A stretch of DNA of 64,000 nt, from positions 1,366 to 65,365 of the forward strand of contig CALXZX010000006.1 in the NCBI GenBank assembly GCA_944393375.1, read 5' to 3'. Within the stretch, counting starts at the first letter, position 1; every line of letters starts with the position of its first letter. The notes under the pieces were generated by a model. That model was not told where the DNA came from and ran no database searches. It saw only the letters and a program-made list of their open reading frames with translations. Shown one piece after another: positions 1 through 9,649 of the stretch. Position numbers and translations under genes: made by a program. The DNA comes from an uncultured Clostridia bacterium. Lineage in GTDB: Bacteria; Bacillota; Clostridia; TANB77; CAG-508.

Positions 1-328
1 TATCGAAAGAGGTCAAGTTCTTTGTAAACCAGGAACAATTCATCCACACACAAAATTCACATCAGAAGTATACGTTTTAACAAAAGAAGAAGGTGGAAGA
101 CATACACCATTCTTCAATGGATATAGACCACAATTCTATTTCAGAACAACAGACGTTACAGGTGTTATCGAATTACCTGCTGGAACAGAAATGGTTATGC
201 CAGGAGATAACGTATCAATGACAATCGAATTAATTACACCTATCGCTATTGAAAAAGGATTAAGATTTGCTATCCGTGAAGGTGGTAGAACAGTTGGTTC
301 AGGAGTTGTTTCTGATATATTAGCATAA
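1..328 (+). CDS. tuf: Elongation factor Tu, C-terminal ~109 codons (5' end outside window)
   Basis: Reading from nt 2 gives [71 protein letters not shown]...[22 protein letters not shown], with TAA at 326-328. This is textbook EF-Tu domain II/III sequence. It is missing from the ORF track only because there is no in-window start. Confidence 0.95.
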   Translation, partial: IERGQVLCKPGTIHPHTKFTSEVYVLTKEEGGRHTPFFNGYRPQFYFRTTDVTGVIELPAGTEMVMPGDNVSMTIELITPIAIEKGLRFAIREGGRTVGSGVVSDILA

Positions 329-345
329 TTAAAAAATGAATAAAG

Positions 346-388
346 AATTCGGGATTTTGGGGACGGACTCAAAAATCCCGAATTTTTT
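346..388 (+). terminator. Intrinsic terminator after tuf
   Basis: 13-bp stem AATTCGGGATTTT (346-358) / AAAATCCCGAATT (372-384) running into a T-tract. Confidence 0.85.
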
Positions 389-417
389 GATTTAAGACAT
401 TTTAGGGGAAACACTTT

Positions 418-446
418 TTTACATTATGTAAAATTTGTGGTATAAT
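418..446 (+). promoter_or_regulatory. Sigma-A-type promoter, TTTACA-17 nt-TGgTATAAT
   Basis: -35 TTTACA at 418-423, extended -10 TGGTATAAT at 438-446, 17-nt spacer, 30 nt upstream of the ATG at 476. Confidence 0.6.
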
Positions 447-475
447 AGAGTTATAAACTAAAAGGAGGTCGTATA

Positions 476-724
476 ATGGACAGAATACAGCAATTGCGAG
501 AAGAAACAACAGCCGAATTAGACCGGCTAACGGAAAAACACTATAAAGAGTGGATGGGCATGATAGCAGAAGAAAAGGAAGCCCTAAAAAAGGCTAAGAC
601 AGTGAAAGAGACCAAAGAAGTCAGGAAGGAAAATGAGCGAAAGCGCGACCTTCTTGATAAGAGACAGACAGAAGAGTATATAAGCCTCCAGCGAGAATTT
701 GTAGAAAAACTTCTGTCTCACTAA
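476..724 (+). CDS. Small charged helical protein (82 aa), unknown function, compositionally foreign
   Basis: AAAGGAGGT RBS lies 6 nt before the ATG. The ORF uses CGA/CGG/CGC/GCC/CTC/CAG codons that flanking genes avoid. The product is K/E/R-rich with no TM segment or signal peptide. Confidence 0.6.
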   Translation: MDRIQQLREETTAELDRLTEKHYKEWMGMIAEEKEALKKAKTVKETKEVRKENERKRDLLDKRQTEEYISLQREFVEKLLSH

Positions 725-730
725 GTCCAA

Positions 731-770
731 CCCGGCCGTATGTTTTTTTATACGGCTGGGTAAAATTTTG
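731..770 (+). terminator. GC-rich hairpin/terminator after the 82-aa ORF
   Basis: Stem CCCGGCCGTAT (731-741) / ATACGGCTGGG (750-760, one G-U pair), followed by TAAAATTTT. Confidence 0.6.
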
Positions 771-880
771 TGTAAAGCTATAAATTATATGCTAAAGACC
801 AAATTGTACATGTGAAAAAATAGTTAGAATACTCTAAATAAAGTTTTTTTATGGTATACTCATCCCAACAGGAGGGCAAA

Positions 881-1966
881 ATGGAAAGAAAATATAATAG
901 AAATGATATAGATGAAAATTTAAGTATGGGAGAAAATGCTTTACTTTATTATGATAATATATTAGAAAAAAATGCTTTAAACGGAATTGTTATAAGCACT
1001 ATTTTAAGGTTGCATAAAAAAAGCTATGTAGAGGTTAATAAATCCAAGGAAAATGAACTTGTTATAAAAGTAAAAAATGGTACAAATAAATTGCGAATAT
1101 CTGAAGCATTTATCTTTGAATGTTTAAAAGTTATGGACTCAGATAGTGACAATATACTAACATTAAACGAATTAAGAGTATCTGAAAATAATGTAATTGC
1201 CACACATAAAAAGAATATAAAAGAATTAATCGTTCAAGAGGCAATAGCAGATGAATTAATAAATTACAAAAAGTTTAAGAAAAAGAGAAGATATTTTTTT
1301 AGAACACTAGAAACCCTAGTTATATTATTAATTCCCATATTATTAACATTTATAAATCCCATTCTCATAATGTTGTTAATAATTGTTATCATATTATTTT
1401 CCTTTTTAGCAAGTAGTAATTATTTAGATGAATTTATAGACTATTCAAAAGGTTCACTAAAGAAATTAAAAAATAAATTATTACATGATGAAATGATGAA
1501 ATATAGTTCTAAAAACGAGCGTAAAAATATCATGATAGAATTCATTTTATGTATAGCAATATATTGTATACATTTCGATATTTTAAGAAATCTTTTCACA
1601 TATACTATATGGAACGTATTTATAGTAGAATCATTCATATTTCTAATGATTGCAATAGTAGAATATATTAAATTTCTTAAAATGGATGTTTATACAGATA
1701 AAGCGATTCTATATAGAGAAAAATTAAAAGGTTTAGAAGAATACCTAAAAGAATATTCTTTAATTGAAAACAGAAAGGCTATAGAAGTATATTTATGGGA
1801 GGATTATTTGGCATTTTCTGTTTTGTTAGGGGTAAATAATGCTATCTCAAAAGAATTCAAGTTTAATTTGTCTGATAATGATAAAAGAGGAAAAATACAG
1901 TATGATTATTATGAAAATAGATATTTTTATATTAATGATGAAAATGAAAAAATATATGTAGATTAA
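881..1966 (+). CDS. DUF2207-like predicted membrane protein
   Basis: A GGAGGG RBS precedes the ATG at 881 (the ORF opens at 851). There is a central cluster of TM helices. The C-terminal LEEYLKEYSLIE...VYLWEDYLAFSVLLGV resembles the characteristic DUF2207 tail. Confidence 0.5.
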   Translation: MERKYNRNDIDENLSMGENALLYYDNILEKNALNGIVISTILRLHKKSYVEVNKSKENELVIKVKNGTNKLRISEAFIFECLKVMDSDSDNILTLNELRVSENNVIATHKKNIKELIVQEAIADELINYKKFKKKRRYFFRTLETLVILLIPILLTFINPILIMLLIIVIILFSFLASSNYLDEFIDYSKGSLKKLKNKLLHDEMMKYSSKNERKNIMIEFILCIAIYCIHFDILRNLFTYTIWNVFIVESFIFLMIAIVEYIKFLKMDVYTDKAILYREKLKGLEEYLKEYSLIENRKAIEVYLWEDYLAFSVLLGVNNAISKEFKFNLSDNDKRGKIQYDYYENRYFYINDENEKIYVD

Positions 1967-2093
1967 ATTTAATTAATATACTTGTAATTTTGCTAAAATA
2001 ATAATAAAATAGATATGTCATAAATTAAATGAAATAAGATAAAATGTAAAAGGACTTATAGATTTGTTACTTAAGAAAGGAATGATATTAATA

Positions 2094-3128
2094 ATGAAAA
2101 TAATACTTGATGCCATGGGTGGAGATAATGCACCAGATGCCAATATAAAAGGAGCAGTAAATGCTATCAATAAAGTAAAAGCAGAAGTTATATTGGTAGG
2201 AAAAGAAGAAGTTATCAGAAGTAAAGTAAAAGAATTTTATGGAAAAGAAATTGAAGAAATATCTGACAGATTAAAAATAAAAAATGCAACTGAAACAATA
2301 GAAATGTGTGATACACCAACAGTTGCGATTAAGCATAAAAAAGATTCATCTATGGTAGTTGGATTTAAAATGCTAAAAGAAGATGAAGGTGATGTATTTA
2401 TATCAGCTGGAAATTCAGGAGCATTATTAACAGGTGCAACACTATTAGTAGGGAGAATTAAAGGAATTGATAGACCAGCATTAGCAGGAATATTACCAGC
2501 ATATAAAAGTCAATTATTATTAATTGATGCAGGTTCTAATACAAATTGTAAACCAATCAATTTATTACAATTTGCACAAATGTCTAGTATATATTTAAGA
2601 AATACATATGGAATAGAAAATCCAGCAATTGGTTTATTAAATATTGGAACAGAAGAAACAAAAGGAAATGAATTAGTAAAAGAAAGCTATAATCTGTTAA
2701 AAGAAAAATCAAAAGAATTAAATATCAATTTTGTAGGAAATGTAGAAGGAAGAGATGCTTTTTCTGGAAAAATAGATGCCATTGTAACAGATGGATTTAC
2801 AGGAAATGTATTTTTAAAAACAACAGAAGGATTGGGAAAATTTGTTAAAAGAACACTAACAGAAAGTTTAACAAGAAATTTATTGACAAAAATAGCGGCA
2901 ATTCCTGCATTACCAGCTATTAAAAGATTTAGCAAAACAATGGATTATAAATCTTATGGAGGAGCTCTATTTCTAGGTGTAAAAAAACCAGTAGTTAAGG
3001 CACATGGAAGTAGTGATGCATTGTTATTTGAATATACCATTATTCAAGCAGAAAAATTTGTAGAGAATAAAGCAGTTGATAAGATGATTGAAGAATTTCA
3101 AAAGACTACAAATAAAGAGGAAAAATAG
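2094..3128 (+). CDS. plsX: Phosphate acyltransferase PlsX
   Basis: MKIILDAMGGDNAP N-terminus and full-length PlsX-like sequence, immediately upstream of acpP. Start taken at the internal ATG at 2094 (ORF opens at 2064). Confidence 0.9.
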   Translation: MKIILDAMGGDNAPDANIKGAVNAINKVKAEVILVGKEEVIRSKVKEFYGKEIEEISDRLKIKNATETIEMCDTPTVAIKHKKDSSMVVGFKMLKEDEGDVFISAGNSGALLTGATLLVGRIKGIDRPALAGILPAYKSQLLLIDAGSNTNCKPINLLQFAQMSSIYLRNTYGIENPAIGLLNIGTEETKGNELVKESYNLLKEKSKELNINFVGNVEGRDAFSGKIDAIVTDGFTGNVFLKTTEGLGKFVKRTLTESLTRNLLTKIAAIPALPAIKRFSKTMDYKSYGGALFLGVKKPVVKAHGSSDALLFEYTIIQAEKFVENKAVDKMIEEFQKTTNKEEK

Positions 3129-3287
3129 CAATGTTACTTTAAGAAGAATTGACTTAGTTGTATAAAATGAAAATATTTATAAAATTTACTTGACAAATAT
3201 ACAAACATATAATATAAATGAAACTGTAGAAGCAAAATATCAAAAGTATAGATTATTTGCAAACTTGAGAGGAGGTGAACTCGGAAG

Positions 3288-3530
3288 ATGAGTTCAGAAG
3301 AAGTTTTAGAGAAAGTAAAAGGAATAATTGTAGAACAATTAGGTGTAGCTGAAAATGCAGTTACAATGGAAGCATCTTTTATAGATGACCTAGGAGCTGA
3401 TTCACTAGATATTGTTGAATTAGTAATGGCATTAGAAGAAGAATTTGATATAGAAATTCCAGATAGTGATGCAGAAAAAGTTGTAACTGTAGGAGATGTT
3501 GTTGAATACATAAAAGAAAACGTTAAATAA
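3288..3530 (+). CDS. acpP: Acyl carrier protein
   Basis: 80 aa with the phosphopantetheine attachment motif [19 protein letters not shown]; GAGGAGG RBS. Confidence 0.95.
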   Translation: MSSEEVLEKVKGIIVEQLGVAENAVTMEASFIDDLGADSLDIVELVMALEEEFDIEIPDSDAEKVVTVGDVVEYIKENVK

Positions 3531-3531
3531 A

Positions 3532-3563
3532 AAATAGAGAAATTTTAATTTCTCTATTTTTTA
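3532..3563 (+). terminator. Intrinsic terminator after acpP
   Basis: AAATAGAGAAATT / AATTTCTCTATTT inverted repeat followed by a T-run. Confidence 0.8.
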
Positions 3564-3618
3564 TTTAGTCATAACCATTAATAGTCAAATAAGAAAATAT
3601 AAGTTACATTTTCTTATC

Positions 3619-4887
3619 TTAAAAAATCGTATTAAAAATTTCGGGAAAGCTTTGATAGAAATAATATAAATAATCTAAAATGTTTTTGCGTTCAATATCT
3701 GTATTAATAAATATATTACCAGAATATACAGTTTTTCCATCTAACTCTAATGTTATTGTACCAATAGGAGTTCCTTTTGTAATAGGAGCATTTAAAGTAG
3801 ATTCATAATGAATATATGTATGAAAACTGTCAATCAAATCACTTCTTACTGGAATAGAAGGATAAGGTACTTCTTCATATTGTATATCTAAATAATCTGA
3901 AACACCTTTTAGAATGGTAATACCATTTGGGTTTTCTTTTTTCCAAATTTCAAAATCATTTGAAATGATTTCTTCAATATTCATATATGTAAAATTATTA
4001 AAAACATATTCAATAAGTTTAATACTATCAGTTGTTCTATATTTTTTTGTGTCTGCTCCAAGCACTACACAAATAATATCCATATCTCCTCTTTTGCAAC
4101 AAGTAACTAAACATCGATTAGCTCCATTGGTAAATCCAGTTTTTATTCCATAAACGCCGTTTAATACACCTAATAATTCATTTGTATTAGTAAGGTTTTT
4201 AGGATATCCATTAATTGTAATCGTATAGTTTTTTGTTCCAACAATTTTTGCGAAAATTTCATTATTCATAGCATAATTTGAAAGAAGGGCCAATTCATAA
4301 GCAGTTGTATAATGTTCATCTTCGTCTAACCCATGGGGAGTAACAAAATGTGTGCTTGAAAGTCCTAAATTTTTTGCCTTTTCATTCATTAAGTTTGCAA
4401 AATCAGTAATAGAACCTGCTACGTGCTCTGCTAAAGCAACAGCAGCATCATTACCTGAACGCATCATTAAGCCATATAATAGATCAGAAACAGTTATTTT
4501 ATCGCCAGTTTTTAGACCAAGTCTAGAACCACCAGTATTAGCAGCTTTTTTGGAAATCTCAACCATATCTGATAAATCTGTATGTTCAATTACGACTAAA
4601 GCAGTCATGATTTTTGTAGTAGAAGCCATTTTTTTCTTTTGATTTTCGTTCTTTCCAACAAGAATGGTATTGGATTTTCTATCAATAACTACATAGGCTC
4701 TAGAATTTATAGTAGGCATTTGTATGCTATCACTATTGGTTTCAATACTTTGTATATCATTTAGGATTTCTGAAATATCAACAATATCTTCAGAAGGAGA
4801 TAAATCATCTGCAAAAACATGAGAAGCTATAAAAATACATATAAAAAATAGTAAAATAATTTTGTGATAAATTCGTAATAATTTCAT
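3619..4887 (-). CDS. D-alanyl-D-alanine carboxypeptidase (peptidase S11, PBP5/DacF-like)
   Basis: Signal peptide plus the three S11 motifs: SxxK (ASTTKIM), SxN (RSGNDAA) and KTG (IKTGFT). Confidence 0.85.
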   Translation of the reverse strand: MKLLRIYHKIILLFFICIFIASHVFADDLSPSEDIVDISEILNDIQSIETNSDSIQMPTINSRAYVVIDRKSNTILVGKNENQKKKMASTTKIMTALVVIEHTDLSDMVEISKKAANTGGSRLGLKTGDKITVSDLLYGLMMRSGNDAAVALAEHVAGSITDFANLMNEKAKNLGLSSTHFVTPHGLDEDEHYTTAYELALLSNYAMNNEIFAKIVGTKNYTITINGYPKNLTNTNELLGVLNGVYGIKTGFTNGANRCLVTCCKRGDMDIICVVLGADTKKYRTTDSIKLIEYVFNNFTYMNIEEIISNDFEIWKKENPNGITILKGVSDYLDIQYEEVPYPSIPVRSDLIDSFHTYIHYESTLNAPITKGTPIGTITLELDGKTVYSGNIFINTDIERKNILDYLYYFYQSFPEIFNTIF

Positions 4888-5196
4888 AATACATACCCTC
4901 TAAATAATGGTATGAAAATAGGAAGAAAAATATAACTCTCAAATAGAAAAACCATAAACTATACGGATATGCAGAAAACAGAAGCAAATTGACATAAAAG
5001 CTTGAAATTATAGTGAAAATGTAATATAATTGTAATGTGGGGACAAAAATTTTAAAAAGCTTAGAAAACCTATATCCCTAAGCGTAATAAATTTAACATT
5101 TTATAACAATAAAAATAAGAAAAAAATGTTATTGACTAAATGAAAAAAATAGGTAAAATATAAGTATATTATGATAAATAATAAGGAGAGATATCT

Positions 5197-8100
5197 ATGA
5201 GTAACCAAAAAATAATCAAAGGATTAATTGCTATATTGCTAATCATTTGCTTAGCAATGATACCAAGTATTGTAAAAGCAGCAGAACTAAATCCATCATT
5301 GTATTTTGGAATAACAGAATTAAGAGACAAAACAGATATGGGATATGCAATAGGAGACCCAGGTACAAATGGAGAAACAGGGAGATCTGCAAAAATATGG
5401 AATATTGTACAATACAGTGGAGAAAATACAAATGACCCAACAGAAGTAAATGTATATTGTATAAAGGCAGGGGTAGGATTTACAGAAGGACAAGGTGTAA
5501 GAGAAATACAAGAATACAATTTGCAATTTGACATGTATACAGAGAGGGAAGCCATTGCAAGCCAAGATGCAAATACAAGTAAAGTGTTGTACAATCTAGT
5601 AAATGGTGGACACTATAATGAATTATTAGCATTAGCAAACCTAATCTATATATCAGGAGAATCAACAGATGCAGAAAAGGAACAATTACTAGAAAATGCA
5701 GATGTAATAGATATTCAAAGAGAATATGAAGGATTAGGAGAAGAATATAAAATAACAGATGATGAAATAGAAGCAGTACAACAAGCAGCAATGTGGTATT
5801 TTACAAACTATGGAGAAGAAGATAATAAATATGATAGATATGATGAAGATACATGGTTATGGTATACTGAGGATGGTTCAGAATATGAAAATTTATCAGG
5901 ATATGGTTCAGATAAATATCCAGCAGTAGGATTAGCAAGACAACAACAAGCAGTAGCTTTATATAGATATTTAATAGATACAGCAAAAGAACAAGCAGGA
6001 AATTATGAGAACAGTAATGTAAGACATAGAAATAAATTAACATTATACACAACAGCAACAGGAAATTCACAACCATTGATGAAAGTGGAAAAAATTCCAC
6101 AAGAATTCGATTTAGCATTAAGAAAATATATAACAGAAGTAAATGGAGTGTCAGTTACTAATAGTAGAGTACCAGTAATAGATGAATCAACATTAGAAAG
6201 TGGAACCACTGCTACATATGAACATAGAAAAGACCCAGTTATGGTAGAAAATGGCGATATCGTAACATATAATATAACAATATATAATGAAGGACAAATA
6301 GATGGAAGGGCAACAGAGATAATAGACCAATTACCAAGTGGATTAAGATTTTCACAAATAGTAACAGATGGTTTTATAGCAGAATATGATGAAGAAACTA
6401 ATAGAGTAACAATTACAAGAAATGAAAGTAATACAGAAAACTTAACTGCATATCAAGAAGGACAATTAGATTCAGAAACAATAGAAATTGAATGTATAGT
6501 AGATACAAGTGAAAATGGAAAAATATTAACAAATGTGGCATGGATATCAGAAGAAATAGATGAATATGGAAATGTAATCATAGATGAAGTAGGAGAAGAT
6601 AGAGACTCAGAACCAGGAACAGCACCAAATGTAAACAAAGACAATATGGAAGATTACAAAGGAAATACTGATAATAAAGATGACTTAACTGATTCAGACT
6701 ATTTCTACGAAGGTGAACAAGATGATGATGATTTTGAAAAATTAATTATTGAAAGTAATGAATTTGACTTAAAATTAATCAAAAGAATTACTGAAGTAAA
6801 TGGAGAAACAGTTCCAGAAAGATTACTAGGTGTTGATATTACAAACTTAGCAAATGAAAGTCAAACAACAGCAGATTATCAAATGAATAAAGAACCTGTT
6901 GCAGTAAATACAGGGGATTTAGTTACTTATACATTTAGAATATATAATGAAGGTAGCATAGATGGATATGCAGAAGAAATTACAGAAGATATTCCTGAAG
7001 GTTTAGAATTTTTAGGAGCAGATATTGATTCTAACATGAATCCAATTACTGATGAAGATGAATTAGCAGCTGTAGAATTTAATACATCAATGGGATGGAC
7101 ATATGTAGAAGGAGACACAACAAGAATTTCAACAGATTATTTGGGTAGAGGAAAAGGTGCAGAAATTACAACACCAGGAGCAAACTTAATTAAAGCTTTT
7201 GATCCAAATAGCCCATATTCTGATACAGACACAGAAAAGAATCCGGACTACAAAGAAATATCTGTTATCTTTAAAGTAGTAGCAAAAGATCCAAGTATTG
7301 GAATTATCAGAAATGAAGCAGCAATTACAGAGGATGCAGATAGTGAAGGAAACCCAGTAGATGATAGAGATTCAAGTACAGATGATTGGGTAAAATATGA
7401 AGATGATGAAGATTATGACAATATCATATTACAAGAATTTGATTTAGCACTAAGAAAATTTATAAGTGAAGTAGATGGTGTTCAATATGATAGAGAGCCA
7501 AATGTAGATTTATCAGGATTAGAAAGTGGAACTACAGCTATTTATAACCATACAAAAGATCCAGTATTGGTAAAAAGAAATAGTGTGATCATATATACTA
7601 TAAGAGTATATAATGAGGGAGAAGTAGATGGCTATGTAGAAGAAATAACAGACTATTTACCAGAAGAATTAGAATTTTTACCAGAGCATGAAGTTAATAT
7701 TCAATATGAATGGCAAGTATCAGAAGATGGAAGATATGTGACAACAGATTATTTATCAAGTGCAAAAGAAACGACAGATAGACAAAATGAAATACAAGCA
7801 TTTGATGGACAAACACTAGACTATAAAGAAGTACAAATAGCATGTAGAGTAAAAGACAATGTAGGAACAAATACAAAATTAACAAACTTGGCAGAAATTA
7901 CAGAGGACAGTGATGAAGACAGAGATTCAACACCAGATAATGTAGAAATACCAAGTGATGAGGAATTACCAAATTATAAAGATGATGAAATCAATCAAGA
8001 TTATGTACCAGGACAAGAAGATGATGATGATTTCGAAAAAGTGATTGTACAAGAATTTGACTTGGCCTTAAGAAAATTCATTACAAAAGTAGATGAAGAA

Positions 8101-9288
8101 GATGTCACAACAAGAGTACCAGAAGTAAGTTATGATAGAGAAGAAGACCAAATTACATATAACCATACAAAAGACCCAGTAGAAGTCATAACAGGAAATG
8201 TGGTAGAATATACAATCAGGGTATATAATGAAGGAGATATCGCAGGATATGCACAAGAAGTAGCAGATGATATCCCAGATGGATTAAGATATTTACCAGA
8301 AAATGAGACAAATATAGAATATAGATGGGTAATGTATGATGAAGAAGGAAATGTAACAGAAAATAGTGAAGAAGCAGTAGAAATCAGAACAGATTACTTA
8401 TCAAAAGAACAAGAAGAAACAGAAGGAGAAAATCTATTAGAGGCATTTAATCCAGAGGAAGAAATCGGAGAAGGAAATCCAGATTATAGAGATATCAAAG
8501 TAGCATTTGAAGTAGTAGAGCCAAATGAATCAGATAGAATCATAGTAAACTCAGCACAAATCACAGAAGATAGTGATGAGAGTGGAAATCCAGTAGAAGA
8601 TGTAGACTCAATACCAGACGAATGGAATGAAGGAGAAGATGACCAAGATAGAGAATATATCAAATTAACATACTTTGATTTAGCATTAAGAAAATGGGTA
8701 ACAGAGGCAATAGTAATAGAAAATGGACAAGAGACAATCACACAAACAGGACATACAGCAGAAATGGACCCAGAGCCAGTAGTAAAAGTAGAGTTATATA
8801 GAAAGAACATAAATGATGTAGTCGTAAAATTCAGATATAAAATCAGAATAACAAATGAGGGAGATATAGCAGGATATGCAACAGAGATAACAGATTATGT
8901 ACCAGAAGGATTAAGATTTGTAGCAGAAGATAATCCAGGATGGACAGATGAAGGAAATAATGTAATATCAACCAGATTATTAGAAAACACATTATTACAA
9001 CCAGGAGAGTCAGCAGAAGTAGAAGTTGTGTTAACATGGATAAATGGAGAAGACAACATGGGACAAATGACAAACATAGCAGAGATATCAGAAGACTACA
9101 ATGATAAAGGAGCACCAGATAGAGATTCAACACCAGATAACCAAGTTTGGGGAGAAGATGATATAGATGATGCACCAGTATTGTTATCAATTGAGACAGG
9201 ACAAGAAAGAATCTACTATGTATTAGGATTTACTGTATTAGGAACATTAGCAGGAGGATTAGTCTTAATCAAGAAGTTTGTACTATAA
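5197..9288 (+). CDS. Large surface protein 1 (1363 aa): candidate thioester head, 5 DUF11-like modules, C-terminal TM anchor
   Basis: Signal peptide MSNQKIIKGLIAILLIICLAMIPSIVKAAE. Head carries VYCIKAGVGF and VQQAAMWYFTNY. Five modules begin FDL(A/K)L(R/I)K (nt 6109, 6763, 7439, 8056, 8674) and end DRDSxPDN...EDDDDFEK. Tail is LLSIETGQERIYYVLGFTVLGTLAGGLVLIKKFVL. Confidence 0.8.
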   Translation: MSNQKIIKGLIAILLIICLAMIPSIVKAAELNPSLYFGITELRDKTDMGYAIGDPGTNGETGRSAKIWNIVQYSGENTNDPTEVNVYCIKAGVGFTEGQGVREIQEYNLQFDMYTEREAIASQDANTSKVLYNLVNGGHYNELLALANLIYISGESTDAEKEQLLENADVIDIQREYEGLGEEYKITDDEIEAVQQAAMWYFTNYGEEDNKYDRYDEDTWLWYTEDGSEYENLSGYGSDKYPAVGLARQQQAVALYRYLIDTAKEQAGNYENSNVRHRNKLTLYTTATGNSQPLMKVEKIPQEFDLALRKYITEVNGVSVTNSRVPVIDESTLESGTTATYEHRKDPVMVENGDIVTYNITIYNEGQIDGRATEIIDQLPSGLRFSQIVTDGFIAEYDEETNRVTITRNESNTENLTAYQEGQLDSETIEIECIVDTSENGKILTNVAWISEEIDEYGNVIIDEVGEDRDSEPGTAPNVNKDNMEDYKGNTDNKDDLTDSDYFYEGEQDDDDFEKLIIESNEFDLKLIKRITEVNGETVPERLLGVDITNLANESQTTADYQMNKEPVAVNTGDLVTYTFRIYNEGSIDGYAEEITEDIPEGLEFLGADIDSNMNPITDEDELAAVEFNTSMGWTYVEGDTTRISTDYLGRGKGAEITTPGANLIKAFDPNSPYSDTDTEKNPDYKEISVIFKVVAKDPSIGIIRNEAAITEDADSEGNPVDDRDSSTDDWVKYEDDEDYDNIILQEFDLALRKFISEVDGVQYDREPNVDLSGLESGTTAIYNHTKDPVLVKRNSVIIYTIRVYNEGEVDGYVEEITDYLPEELEFLPEHEVNIQYEWQVSEDGRYVTTDYLSSAKETTDRQNEIQAFDGQTLDYKEVQIACRVKDNVGTNTKLTNLAEITEDSDEDRDSTPDNVEIPSDEELPNYKDDEINQDYVPGQEDDDDFEKVIVQEFDLALRKFITKVDEEDVTTRVPEVSYDREEDQITYNHTKDPVEVITGNVVEYTIRVYNEGDIAGYAQEVADDIPDGLRYLPENETNIEYRWVMYDEEGNVTENSEEAVEIRTDYLSKEQEETEGENLLEAFNPEEEIGEGNPDYRDIKVAFEVVEPNESDRIIVNSAQITEDSDESGNPVEDVDSIPDEWNEGEDDQDREYIKLTYFDLALRKWVTEAIVIENGQETITQTGHTAEMDPEPVVKVELYRKNINDVVVKFRYKIRITNEGDIAGYATEITDYVPEGLRFVAEDNPGWTDEGNNVISTRLLENTLLQPGESAEVEVVLTWINGEDNMGQMTNIAEISEDYNDKGAPDRDSTPDNQVWGEDDIDDAPVLLSIETGQERIYYVLGFTVLGTLAGGLVLIKKFVL
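7432..9285 (+). repeat. Copy A of a 1.85-kb direct repeat (3' third of surface protein gene 1)
   Basis: Matches 15290-17143 at a constant offset of 7858 bp. 7881-9269 looks base-identical to 15739-17127 wherever I compared them. Confidence 0.9.
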
Positions 9289-9305
9289 TATTGAGATAAA
9301 TAAAA

Positions 9306-9344
9306 ATAAGTTTTAACTATTGATAGTTAAAACTTATTTTTTTA
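9306..9344 (+). terminator. Intrinsic terminator after surface protein gene 1
   Basis: ATAAGTTTTAACTAT / ATAGTTAAAACTTAT inverted repeat followed by TTTTTTT. Confidence 0.75.
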
Positions 9345-9649
9345 TAGAAAAAATTGAATTTAATTTTGAACATGTTTGGGTTTTCTTGTATGCAATAGGA
9401 GTAAGTTTTTCTTATAATATTGAAATGTAAAATTTTATAATATTAAAAATGTGAAATTTTAAATATTAATAAAATGTAAAAAAAAAGAAATAAAAATGTA
9501 ATAAATATCGAAATATGTAAAATATCAGTATCCGTAAGTGATACAAGCACGAAAAAAATAGGAAAAGATTACAAGCAAAAATCGTCTTGAAAACGAAAAT
9601 AAAATTGACTTATAATAATATAGAAGAAAAAAAAAGGAGAGATAGCGAT

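Noticed and set aside
136-414. 92-aa minus-strand ORF
   Set aside because: It is antisense to the unmistakable tuf coding sequence and runs through the tuf terminator.
3134-3511. 125-aa minus-strand ORF overlapping acpP
   Set aside because: It is antisense to acpP and its promoter region, with a low-complexity Ser/Ile-rich translation and no RBS.
9587-9649. TTG start at 9587, giving a 21-residue N-terminal extension of surface protein 2
   Set aside because: There is no RBS before 9587. AAGGAGAG sits 8 nt before the ATG at 9650, and the signal peptide begins right after that ATG, mirroring gene 1.
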